The notes below the pieces were generated by a model. That model did no database searches and was not told where the DNA came from. It saw nothing but the letters and a program-made list of their open reading frames with translations. From positions 1 through 49,655 of the forward strand of contig CAYSVM010000003.1 of assembly GCA_964434605.1 (NCBI GenBank): DNA of 49,655 nt. Direction: 5' to 3'. Positions 28,978-37,286 of this stretch are shown here, piece by piece. Position 1 is the first letter of the stretch. Every line of letters begins with the position of its first letter. This stretch comes from an uncultured Candidatus Saccharibacteria bacterium (GTDB lineage Bacteria > Patescibacteriota > Kazan-3B-28). The translations under genes were made by a program, and so were the position numbers.

Positions 28978-31900
28978 TTATTTACGACGACTGCTTCTTG
29001 GAAGATTCTTGGATATTTCTCCTTGAATTTCGCCAACAGGACGTTTGAGATCTTCTTTGCTATGCACCACTTCCACGTTTAATCCAAGACCTTGTAATTC
29101 TTTTACAATTACATTGAAAGCTTCTGGAGTTTGTGGTTTTTGAATAGTTTCGCCTTTGATAATAGATTCGTAAGTGCGAGCGCGACCTTGGACGTCGTCA
29201 GACTTAATAGTCAGCATTTCTTCCAAAGTGTAAGCAGCACCATATCCTTCTAGTGCCCAAACTTCCATTTCACCAAACCGTTGTCCTCCAAGTTGGGCTT
29301 TTCCTCCCAAAGGCTGTTGGGTAACGAGAGCATATGGACCAATGGAACGAGCGTGAATTTTGTCGTCCACCATGTGGGCGAGTTTCAACATGTAAATTAC
29401 TCCAACGGTAGTTGGTTGGCCAAATGGTTCTCCAGTGCGTCCATCAATGAGTTGGATTTTTCCATTTTCTGGTAATTCTCCTTTGCGAAGTTCTTCAACA
29501 ATTCCTTGGATGTCTATTCCCTCAAAGACTGGGTTTACTGCATTGAATTTAAGAGTACCAGCAGCCCAACCCAAGTGAGTTTCCAGAATTTGTCCGAGGT
29601 TCATACGGGAAATAACACCGAGAGGGTTGAGGATTACATCTACGGGAGTACCGTCTGGTAAACAAGGCATATCTTCGACTGGAACAATTTTGGAGATAAC
29701 CCCTTTGTTTCCATGTCGACCAGCTAACTTATCTCCGACAGATATCTTGCGCATCTGCGCAATGTTTACGTAAATTCTTTTTAATACTCCAACCTCAAGC
29801 TTGTCTCCCTTGGAGGCATCAAAAACTTGAACACCGATAACTTTTCCATATCCACCGTGGGGCATGGTAAGAGAGGTGTCTTTTACGTCTTTGACTTTTT
29901 CACCGAAGATAGCACGCAAAAGTCTTTCTTCTGGAGTTAGTTCGGTTTCACCTTTGGGAGTAATCTTTCCTACCAAAATATCTTTGGAGGTAACCCTGGC
30001 TCCAATGCGGATGATACCGTCCTCGTCTAGATCTGCTACCGCTTCTTCACCAACGTTGGGAATATCTCTGGTGGTAATTTCTGGACCAAGTTTGGTATCC
30101 CGAACATCTATTTCTTCTCGTTTAATATGAATAGAAGTGAAGACATCATTTTTTACTGCACGATCCGAGAGGATAATAGCATCCTGGTAGTTGGCTCCAC
30201 TCCAGGGCATGAAAGCAACAACTAAGTTGCAACCCAGTGCTAGTCTTCCATTCTTGGTGGCTGGACCATCACAGAGAGGCTGGCCCTTCTTTACTTTGTC
30301 TCCAGAATTTACCAGAGGAATTTGGTTTAGATTAGTTTCGTGGTTACTGCGAATAAATTTTGTAAGAGTGTAGGTAATTGGTTTGCGGTTTCCTTCCGGA
30401 ACAAATTCAATCCGAGAACTATCTGCATATTTAATAGTTCCATCTTCCGGTGCGGTAATTACCCATCCGGAGCCTACCGCAGCATCTCCTTCCATACCGG
30501 TTCCAACGATTGGAACTTGTGGATTTACCAAAGGAACTGCTTGACGTTGCATGTTAGAGCCCATTAGGGCACGTTTGGCGTCATCATGTTCAACAAAAGG
30601 AATAAGAGAAGTAGTAACACTTAAAATCTGTTTAGGAGAGACGTCTATGTAGCTAACTCTGCCAATAGACACGGTCGTTGGTTCACCAGCCTGCCGAGCA
30701 GCAACTTGGGAGCTGAGAACTTGTCCGTGATCGTTTGTCGGGATGTTGGCCTGGGCAATAACCAAGTCTTCTTCTGAATGCGCATCCAAATATTCTATTT
30801 GCGAAGTAACAAAAGATTTTACTTCAATTTCTTTTAGTCCTTCAATACGAGAAAGTTTTTGTGCTAGTGCTTCATCTACTACAGTTCCAGAGGGAGCAAC
30901 GATGTTCTTTGTTTTGGGATCCAATACATCTTTGAAAAGAGTTTTGCCATTTGGGGCTTTTCCGTCGTTTGCAACAATGGAGGTAATTTTGCGATATGGT
31001 GTTTCTACAAAACCAAAATCATTTACCCGAGCATAGCTGGCCAAGTGTCCCACCAGACCAATGTTTTGACCTTCAGGAGTTTGAATAGGACAGATTCTAC
31101 CGTAATGGGAGGTGTGCACATCTCGAACTTCGAAACCAGCACGTTCACGGGATAGACCACCAGGTCCCATGGCAGATAGTCTACGTTTGTGTTCAAGTTC
31201 AGCCAGGGGATTAGTTTGCTCCATGAATTGAGATAGCTGAGATGAGCCGAAAAATTCCTGCATGATAGCGGAAATAGGACGCGCATTCATAAGCTGGGCA
31301 GGAGTAAGAGTATTGATGTCCGAAACGCTCATTCGGTCTTTTACAATGCGTTCAACTCTCAAAAGACCAGTGCGGAACTTGCTCTGCATGAGTTCTCCTA
31401 CTGCTTTAACACGACGGTTCTTCAAGTGGTCTACATCGTCTTCTGCTCCACCGTTATTGTTAAGACGAATAATTTCACGAGTAATGGAAATTAAATCTTC
31501 TTTGGTAAGAACTCTGAATTCTGGTTTGTTAGCCCGATCTATTTTCAACCGTTTGTTTAGTTTATAGCGTCCGACTGCACCGAGATCGTAACGACGGAAG
31601 TTTTGGAAAGTATTCACGAATAATGCTCTAGCGTTATCTACAGTAGCAAGATCTCCGGGACGTATTTTTTTGTAGACTTCTAGTAATGCTTGGTCAGTAG
31701 ATTTAGTAGGATCTTTATCGATAGTGTTCTTGAGGAACGTCATCTTTGGGTTGTCATCAATGTCGGCAAACAGTTCGGTAAGTTCTGCATCGCTACTAAT
31801 ACCAAAAGCGCGAAGAATAGTGGTGATGAAAGTTTTTCTTTTGCGATCGATCTTTACCGAGATAATTCCCTTACTATTAGTTTCGATTTCTAACCAAGCA

Positions 31901-32418
31901 CCACGTTCGGGAATAATTTTGGCTCCGTATTGTCCGTGTTCGAGTCCATCTTCTCGGGTAAATAACACTCCAGATGAGCGAACCAACTGCGAAACGATAA
32001 CTCTTTCAACTCCGTTGATAATAAAAGTTCCGGAACTTGTCATTACCGGAATATCTCCCAGGAAAACTTCCTGTTCTTTTATTTCACCCGTATTCTTATT
32101 CACCAAACGCAACTTCACCCGCAGACTAGATTCAAACGTTGCATAACGTTCGCGTGCCTGTGCTTGAGTGTATTTGGGTTCTTCGAAATAGTAGTCGACA
32201 AAATGCAGTTCCAGATTTTTCCCGGTTAAGTCCTCAATGGGACTAATTTCTGCAAACAATTCTTTCAGTCCTTCGCGCACGAAGTACTCGTAGGAACGAT
32301 TTTGCAGACTATTTAGCTCGGGAAGCGAAGGAACTTTTTTCTTATCGGTATACCACTTATCTTCGTAATTGTGGTTCTCGGTAATTGAAATATCCTGGTC
32401 TAGGGGATTTTTTGCCAT
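28978..32418 (-). CDS. rpoB: DNA-directed RNA polymerase subunit beta
   Basis: 1146 aa; GSSQLSQFMEQTNPL (rifampicin region), KLAGRHGNKGV, GGQRFGEMEVWALE. Confidence 0.98.
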   Translation of the reverse strand: MAKNPLDQDISITENHNYEDKWYTDKKKVPSLPELNSLQNRSYEYFVREGLKELFAEISPIEDLTGKNLELHFVDYYFEEPKYTQAQARERYATFESSLRVKLRLVNKNTGEIKEQEVFLGDIPVMTSSGTFIINGVERVIVSQLVRSSGVLFTREDGLEHGQYGAKIIPERGAWLEIETNSKGIISVKIDRKRKTFITTILRAFGISSDAELTELFADIDDNPKMTFLKNTIDKDPTKSTDQALLEVYKKIRPGDLATVDNARALFVNTFQNFRRYDLGAVGRYKLNKRLKIDRANKPEFRVLTKEDLISITREIIRLNNNGGAEDDVDHLKNRRVKAVGELMQSKFRTGLLRVERIVKDRMSVSDINTLTPAQLMNARPISAIMQEFFGSSQLSQFMEQTNPLAELEHKRRLSAMGPGGLSRERAGFEVRDVHTSHYGRICPIQTPEGQNIGLVGHLASYARVNDFGFVETPYRKITSIVANDGKAPNGKTLFKDVLDPKTKNIVAPSGTVVDEALAQKLSRIEGLKEIEVKSFVTSQIEYLDAHSEEDLVIAQANIPTNDHGQVLSSQVAARQAGEPTTVSIGRVSYIDVSPKQILSVTTSLIPFVEHDDAKRALMGSNMQRQAVPLVNPQVPIVGTGMEGDAAVGSGWVITAPEDGTIKYADSSRIEFVPEGNRKPITYTLTKFIRSNHETNLNQIPLVNSGDKVKKGQPLCDGPATKNGRLALGCNLVVAFMPWSGANYQDAIILSDRAVKNDVFTSIHIKREEIDVRDTKLGPEITTRDIPNVGEEAVADLDEDGIIRIGARVTSKDILVGKITPKGETELTPEERLLRAIFGEKVKDVKDTSLTMPHGGYGKVIGVQVFDASKGDKLEVGVLKRIYVNIAQMRKISVGDKLAGRHGNKGVISKIVPVEDMPCLPDGTPVDVILNPLGVISRMNLGQILETHLGWAAGTLKFNAVNPVFEGIDIQGIVEELRKGELPENGKIQLIDGRTGEPFGQPTTVGVIYMLKLAHMVDDKIHARSIGPYALVTQQPLGGKAQLGGQRFGEMEVWALEGYGAAYTLEEMLTIKSDDVQGRARTYESIIKGETIQKPQTPEAFNVIVKELQGLGLNVEVVHSKEDLKRPVGEIQGEISKNLPRSSRRK

Positions 32419-32499
32419 AAAAATACCTGCTCTTTGAATAGAGAGTTAATCAAAAAGTTATGAATAGAACCAGCTTTTAATGTCTGTACGGATAGCTGA

Positions 32500-32577
32500 A
32501 CTGTAACTAAAAATGAGGCTTCCGTCAATACCTACTCGAGGTGTATGTATTGTATAAGACTATTTTTCTTGATGCAA
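32500..32577 (-). promoter_or_regulatory. two candidate sigma70-type promoters upstream of rpoB
   Basis: Minus sense: TTGCAT (32572-32577), 17 nt, TACAAT (32549-32554); and TTGACG (32523-32528), 17 nt, TACAGT (32500-32505). Both lie in the 168-nt spacer before rpoB. Motif match only. Confidence 0.3.
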
Positions 32578-32586
32578 TGCCTAATT

Positions 32587-33423
32587 TTATCCTTGGATAA
32601 TAAGGTTGGCGGTTCTGACCGTGGTTTGGTTGATCTTGGCAGCGACTTCAAAGCTTCCTGTGGGCCAGAGTTTATCGCTCCAGAAGCGACCAAATTGGCT
32701 TTTGCCCAAAGAGAAGAGGACGATATCGTTTCCAGATACCACCGAGGAGAAAGTATTTACTAGGGTATCGGTTTTTACTTGCCTTACTGCTATCTCCAGA
32801 TCTGTCCCAGCCGGTGCATTGCTTATACCTACCTGGATGTAGATAACAGGGGTGGTCCGAGAAAAGTAGGTCTTACTGCTAGAGATCTCGTTATCCCCTG
32901 TTAGGGCATCTCCGAAGCTCAGACTGGTAATAATCCGTCCTAGTTGCTGTTTTTCTGCTTCTGCATCGGTAACGATCCGAAAGAAGACTGTTTTGGATAA
33001 GCTTCCTCCAACATATACTTCTGTTTTGTAGTCTCCAGCTGGCCAGCTTAGTCCTGGCCGTTCGATCCGAGAACTCAGCCAACTAGAGTTGGATTTGTAG
33101 TTGAAGTCGAATTGGTTACGAGAATCAGTACGTTTGCCAGAAAAAGTCTCGGTAGCAAGAATCTGGTTTGGAAGTTTGTACCAGACTACCTTGATTGCAG
33201 TAGCACTGGTTGGGCGGACAACTTGGGCAGAGAGATAGATGGAAGGAGAGCTGTCTCCAACCTCTTCCAGGTTGTTTTCTGGTTGGTTGTCGTATTTGAT
33301 ACCGGTTGTAATCACTGCCTGGGCAATGTCTGTTGTTGTGTTTGGTTGTGGTCGGTTGCAACTGGCTCCAGTTAGTCCCACAAATATGAGTATGCCCGCT
33401 AAGATGATGTGAAAAGTTTTCAT
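32587..33423 (-). CDS. secreted/lipoprotein with two tandem ~115-aa repeats, unknown function
   Basis: Signal peptide MKTFHIILAGILIFVGLTGASC. Internal duplication: PSIYLSAQVV...WPAGDYKTEVYVGG...FFRI versus PVIYIQVGIS...WPTGSFEVAAKINQ...NLII. Confidence 0.65.
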   Translation of the reverse strand: MKTFHIILAGILIFVGLTGASCNRPQPNTTTDIAQAVITTGIKYDNQPENNLEEVGDSSPSIYLSAQVVRPTSATAIKVVWYKLPNQILATETFSGKRTDSRNQFDFNYKSNSSWLSSRIERPGLSWPAGDYKTEVYVGGSLSKTVFFRIVTDAEAEKQQLGRIITSLSFGDALTGDNEISSSKTYFSRTTPVIYIQVGISNAPAGTDLEIAVRQVKTDTLVNTFSSVVSGNDIVLFSLGKSQFGRFWSDKLWPTGSFEVAAKINQTTVRTANLIIQG

Positions 33424-33425
33424 TC

Positions 33426-34310
33426 TTATGCCCCCATGTTTCTTAGTAATTTAATTCTTTGTTCAATTGGTGGATGAGTAGACCACAGATTCGCCACTGT
33501 CTCTCCCACTTTCTTAGAGAATGGACTGACGATAAAAAGATGAGCGATAGCGCGATTTGCAGTGCGTAAGGTTTTGGGATGAGCAGAAATCTTTTCTAGT
33601 GCCCTAGCTAAACCTTCCGGGTAACGTGTTAGCATTGCACCAGAAGCATCAGCAAGAAGTTCTCGTTTACGAGAAATAGCAAGTTGGAGAAGAGTAACAA
33701 AGATGGGCGAAAGAACTACTAAAACTATCCCGACTATTGCCATCCAATTATTTCCCCCGTTGTTATTGCTATTACCAAAAAGCCGAGCACGAGTGAACCA
33801 GTCTGCCAAAAGAGTTATTGCACCAACTAGAGTAATGACTATGGTGGCTAGTAGAATATCGTAGTTTTTTACATGCGAAAGTTCGTGAGAAATAACTCCT
33901 TGTAGCTCTGTCTTGTCTAAATTTTCAATTAGTCCACGAGTGAGAGCAATGGAAGCGTGTTTGGGGTCGCGCCCAGTTGCAAATGCATTTAGGGACAGGT
34001 CTTCAATTATATAGATCTTAGGTATGGGAACACCAGCGGTAATACTAAGATTCTCCACCAAGTTTTGGATCTTATGTTCGGTGAGATTATTTGAGTCTAT
34101 GAGTCTAGCTCTGGTAGTAGCTAGTGCTAGTTTATCGCTTTGGAAGTAACTTATCCAATTCATTACTAAACTAAGAGCTACTGCAAACCAAAGCAGACTT
34201 TGATCCTTGTAGACATATGAGAGAACCCAGCCAATTCCAGTTATAATGGCAAAGAATATCGCCATTAGGAGAATCGTTCGTAATCGATTTGAAGTAATTT
34301 CGCGATACAT
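33426..34310 (-). CDS. htpX: M48-family zinc metalloprotease HtpX
   Basis: HELSHVKNYD (HExxH) motif, four hydrophobic segments, 294 aa. Confidence 0.9.
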   Translation of the reverse strand: MYREITSNRLRTILLMAIFFAIITGIGWVLSYVYKDQSLLWFAVALSLVMNWISYFQSDKLALATTRARLIDSNNLTEHKIQNLVENLSITAGVPIPKIYIIEDLSLNAFATGRDPKHASIALTRGLIENLDKTELQGVISHELSHVKNYDILLATIVITLVGAITLLADWFTRARLFGNSNNNGGNNWMAIVGIVLVVLSPIFVTLLQLAISRKRELLADASGAMLTRYPEGLARALEKISAHPKTLRTANRAIAHLFIVSPFSKKVGETVANLWSTHPPIEQRIKLLRNMGA

Positions 34311-34312
34311 TT

Positions 34313-34867
34313 TTAGAACTTCACTTCGGGAAGCTCGCGTTCTTTAATATCCTCCAATTCGAATTGTTCGCGACGAGTAAAGTTGAACATTTTGACGAAC
34401 AAATTAGTGGGAAAGATTTCACGACGAGTGTTGTAATCCCGCACGTTGGTGTTATAGAAACGACGAGATGACATAATCTTGTTCTCTGTGTCGCTCAATT
34501 CTTCTTGCAGGGCTAAAAAGTTCTGGTTTGCTTTTAGATCGGGATAATTTTCGGCTACCGCAAACAAACTTCTCAGAGTAGAGGTTAGGGCATTTTCTGC
34601 TGTTGCTTTTTGCTTAAAATCACCACTTTCCGCTGTCATCGCATTACTTCTGGCTTGGGTTACTTTTTCAAATAGTTCGCGTTCGTGTGTTGCATATCCC
34701 TGAACTGTGTTTATTAAATTAGGGATTAGGTCGTGCCGACGCTTTAGTTGAACATCTATGTCGCTAGCTGCTTCATTTACTCGGTTCTTTAATACCACTA
34801 GCCCATTGAACATTCCAATCAGCCAAGCGACTAGTAAGACGATAACTATCCATATGATCCACCACAT
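34313..34867 (-). CDS. lemA: LemA family membrane protein
   Basis: N-terminal TM followed by NGLVVLKNRVNEAASDIDVQLKRRHDLIPNLINTVQGYATHE, the typical LemA pattern. Strong SD AAGGAGG at 34872-34878. Confidence 0.88.
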   Translation of the reverse strand: MWWIIWIVIVLLVAWLIGMFNGLVVLKNRVNEAASDIDVQLKRRHDLIPNLINTVQGYATHERELFEKVTQARSNAMTAESGDFKQKATAENALTSTLRSLFAVAENYPDLKANQNFLALQEELSDTENKIMSSRRFYNTNVRDYNTRREIFPTNLFVKMFNFTRREQFELEDIKERELPEVKF

Positions 34868-34915
34868 ATTTCCTCCTTGTTTATAGTTTAGAGATTAGAT
34901 TAGAGACTATCGCTT

Positions 34916-34944
34916 AGTATACTCGTTTTCTACCCCCGTTTAAA
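34916..34944 (-). promoter_or_regulatory. candidate promoter for lemA-htpX-lipoprotein
   Basis: Minus sense: TTTAAA (34939-34944, inside the end of the DUF218 gene), 17 nt, TATACT (34916-34921), ~45 nt upstream of the lemA ATG. Confidence 0.35.
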
Positions 34945-35505
34945 GAAGAGGGATAGATAGATTATCTTTTGTAATTCACTAGCCGTAATTTCCCTGGCCC
35001 AGTTGTCATTCCACCATCCATTTTTACGCCAGGCTGAATCTGAAGCAGAGTGGTTGATGATTTTAACAGAATTACCTAGATAGTAGTTGAAAGTAAGGAA
35101 TGCTCTTCGCTGATGATAGGGAGAGGTTATTAGGATGATAGAGCCGATATGGTTACTGGAAATAAGGTCACGGGTGAATTTGGCGTTATCTATTGTATTA
35201 CGAGCCTCCTTCTCTACCAGGATATTTTCTGGAGCTACTCCTAGATTTACAGCAAGTCTTTTCATTGCTTCAGCATTGGATTCTCCTTCATCTCGGGCGG
35301 CACCGGACATAATGAGAAGAGGAGCCCAACCAGATTGGAAAAGCTTTACTCCTTCTTTTACTCTAAGGTCGGTCTCTCCCCCACTGATGACGACAATAGC
35401 ATCTGATTTGATTAGTTTGTTCTGGGGGGATAAATAAAAACCAGCACCGATAATAACACCGGTGACAATAGCTAGTATCCCAATTACACCAATTAGATAT
35501 TTCAC
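34930..35505 (-). CDS. DUF218 (YdcF/ElyC/SanA-like) domain protein
   Basis: N-terminal TM; DAIVVISGGETDLR...LLIMSGA...ILITSPYHQRRA matches the DUF218 pattern. Confidence 0.8.
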   Translation of the reverse strand: MKYLIGVIGILAIVTGVIIGAGFYLSPQNKLIKSDAIVVISGGETDLRVKEGVKLFQSGWAPLLIMSGAARDEGESNAEAMKRLAVNLGVAPENILVEKEARNTIDNAKFTRDLISSNHIGSIILITSPYHQRRAFLTFNYYLGNSVKIINHSASDSAWRKNGWWNDNWAREITASELQKIIYLSLFFKRG

Positions 35506-35903
35506 GGCAACTTAAGTTCTTGGCCTACTGTTAGATCGTAGGGAGCCTTAAGATCATTCATGTCAGCTAACTCTTGCCATTCAATATTCAGAGCACTAGC
35601 GATACTATAGAGAGTGTCTCCAGATTTTACAGTATATTTTTCGATACTACGTAATGTAAAGCTACCACTATTGTCAGTAGGTTCATTAGTTGTTGTATTA
35701 GAAACCGTAGTGGTGTTTCCCAAGGAAGGGTTGATGATTCCAAGCGGTTTGATAAATATGGTGGCGATTAATCCACGGAAAGCGAAGATAAGGAATATTA
35801 GCGAGAAGAATAGAGCGTATAGAACAATAACCGAAAACGGATCCTCGCGGAAACGCTTCTTCACTCGGTAACCATACCGTCTAGTTTGGTGGGATAGTGT
35901 CAT
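35502..35903 (-). CDS. membrane-anchored LysM domain protein
   Basis: TM segment, T/N-rich linker, and a C-terminal LysM domain YTVKSGDTLYSIASALNIEWQELADMNDL...GQELKLP. Confidence 0.85.
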   Translation of the reverse strand: MTLSHQTRRYGYRVKKRFREDPFSVIVLYALFFSLIFLIFAFRGLIATIFIKPLGIINPSLGNTTTVSNTTTNEPTDNSGSFTLRSIEKYTVKSGDTLYSIASALNIEWQELADMNDLKAPYDLTVGQELKLP

Positions 35904-35919
35904 ATGTATATCTTACCAT

Positions 35920-36003
35920 TGGTGGGCGGGGAGGGACTCGAACCCTCAAGCCTTGCGGCACGACATTTTAAGTGTCGCGTGTATACCATTCCACCACCCG
36001 CCC
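35920..36003 (-). tRNA. tRNA-Leu (anticodon TAA)
   Basis: Hand fold: acceptor GGGCGGG/CCCGCCC, anticodon stem CGACA/TGTCG, loop CTTAAAA, long variable arm, CCA encoded. 84 nt. Confidence 0.88.
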
Positions 36004-36005
36004 GC

Positions 36006-36092
36006 TGGTGGGCACGAGAGGAGTTGAACCTCCACGGGATTGCTCCCACAGCGACCTGAACGCTGCGCGTATGCCAGTTCCGCCACGTGCCC
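36006..36092 (-). tRNA. tRNA-Leu (anticodon CAG)
   Basis: Hand fold: acceptor GGGCACG/CGTGCCC, anticodon stem CAGCG/CGCTG, loop TTCAGGT, long variable arm, CCA encoded. 87 nt. Confidence 0.88.
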
Positions 36093-36166
36093 TGGAGGCC
36101 TGGAGGAGAGTCGAACTCCTGTACGGGGTTTTGCAGACCCCTGCCTAACCGCTCGGCCACCAGGCC
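36093..36166 (-). tRNA. tRNA-Cys (anticodon GCA)
   Basis: Hand fold: acceptor GGCCTGG/CCAGGCC, anticodon stem GGGGT/ACCCC, loop CTGCAAA, discriminator U, CCA encoded. 74 nt. Confidence 0.88.
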
Positions 36167-36171
36167 AGTTG

Positions 36172-36660
36172 TCAAACTGTTGTTTGTTCAGGATACTTCT
36201 TTACTGTATCATCAAGGATTTCAAATTCTATACCTGCTTCTTTAAAGATCCGTCTACTTTCCTCACTTGCTTGGTAATCTTGCTGGACTACTACTCGGAC
36301 AATACCAGAGTTGATAATCATTTTGGCACAGACATAGCAGGGAGTCATTGTGCAATAAAGTGTACTGCCATCGATGGGAATACCAAAGCGAGCAGCTTGG
36401 CAGATGGCATTCTGTTCAGCATGGGAAGTGCGAACACAATGTTTGGTAATATGGCCATCTTCGTGAATGGTGTCTTTGAATTCATGACCTACTTCATCAC
36501 AGTGTGGTAGGCCCATGGGAGAACCAACGTAACCGGTGGAGAGAATTCTTTTGTTTTTGGTGATTACTGCTCCACTTTTTCCGCGATCACAAGTAGCACG
36601 ACTACCGACTGCTGTGCAAATTTGAAAGAAATATTCATCCCATGTTGGTCGGTTATTCAT
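36172..36660 (-). CDS. deoxycytidylate (dCMP) deaminase
   Basis: Cytidine/deoxycytidylate deaminase zinc motifs HAEQNAI and PCYVCAKMI. 162 aa. Confidence 0.9.
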   Translation of the reverse strand: MNNRPTWDEYFFQICTAVGSRATCDRGKSGAVITKNKRILSTGYVGSPMGLPHCDEVGHEFKDTIHEDGHITKHCVRTSHAEQNAICQAARFGIPIDGSTLYCTMTPCYVCAKMIINSGIVRVVVQQDYQASEESRRIFKEAGIEFEILDDTVKKYPEQTTV

Positions 36661-37201
36661 TGATGCGCTCCTTTATTATGTTATCTACTTTTGTTTCTAG
36701 TTCATCGAATGTAGTGTCATTGGTAATCTTGTAGTCAGCTATTTCCAACATATGTGCAAGTTGTTGATCAAATTCTCCGCCTGTCATCTCTTTAGCTTCT
36801 TCGTTTTTGAAGTCTTCTAAGGTTGGAGCGAAGTCGTCACTTCTTCCTCGACCAGAGATTCTTTCGAATCGCATTTCAATTGGTGCATCAACAGCAATTA
36901 AGATAAATTCTCCATGCTCTTTGAATGGAACGCATTCTTTGGGATTACGAATACTAGTGGCAACAAAGTTTCCTTCCGCGCGTTCAAGAATTCGACGAGA
37001 GAGATAGTCTGGTCCATGTTCGGTGCGGAGTTGATTGCCGAGAGCCTGCAGAGTATCACGAGACAAGTCTAGTCCTTTTTCGGTAGCAATCTGGCGGATT
37101 TCATCGGACAAAGAAAAGTGAGGCCAGCCTAGCTTTTCCCAAAGCATTTGGCCAACCAAATCTTTACCCGAGCCATTTGTTCCAGTTACTCCGATGATCA
37201 T
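36653..37201 (-). CDS. P-loop nucleotide kinase (CoaE/dNMP-kinase-like)
   Basis: MIIGVTGTNGSGKD Walker A at the extreme N-terminus; ~180-aa small-kinase architecture. Overlaps the dCMP deaminase gene by 8 nt. Substrate not assignable from sequence. Confidence 0.7.
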   Translation of the reverse strand: MIIGVTGTNGSGKDLVGQMLWEKLGWPHFSLSDEIRQIATEKGLDLSRDTLQALGNQLRTEHGPDYLSRRILERAEGNFVATSIRNPKECVPFKEHGEFILIAVDAPIEMRFERISGRGRSDDFAPTLEDFKNEEAKEMTGGEFDQQLAHMLEIADYKITNDTTFDELETKVDNIIKERINE

Positions 37202-37250
37202 AAAGCCTCCTGATAAGCATTATATCAAGAGTTGAATTTCAATTATTCAA

Positions 37251-37273
37251 AACAAAAAACCGAGCATTGCTCG
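37251..37273 (-). terminator. weak intrinsic terminator after tRNA-Gly
   Basis: Minus sense: CGAGC-aat-GCTCG (37261-37273) followed by GTTTTTTGTT. The stem is only 5 bp. Confidence 0.4.
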
Positions 37274-37286
37274 ATCTCTTGTTTTC

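Noticed and set aside
35920-36003. Group I intron in tRNA-Leu(TAA), the classic insertion site in cyanobacteria and plastids
   Set aside because: The gene is a continuous 84-nt tRNA with an intact 7-nt anticodon loop.
35900-36175. 91-aa minus-strand ORF from the ORF track
   Set aside because: It lies exactly over three well-folding tRNA genes (Leu-TAA, Leu-CAG, Cys-GCA). Its Gly/Arg/Pro-rich translation is what GC-rich tRNA sequence yields.
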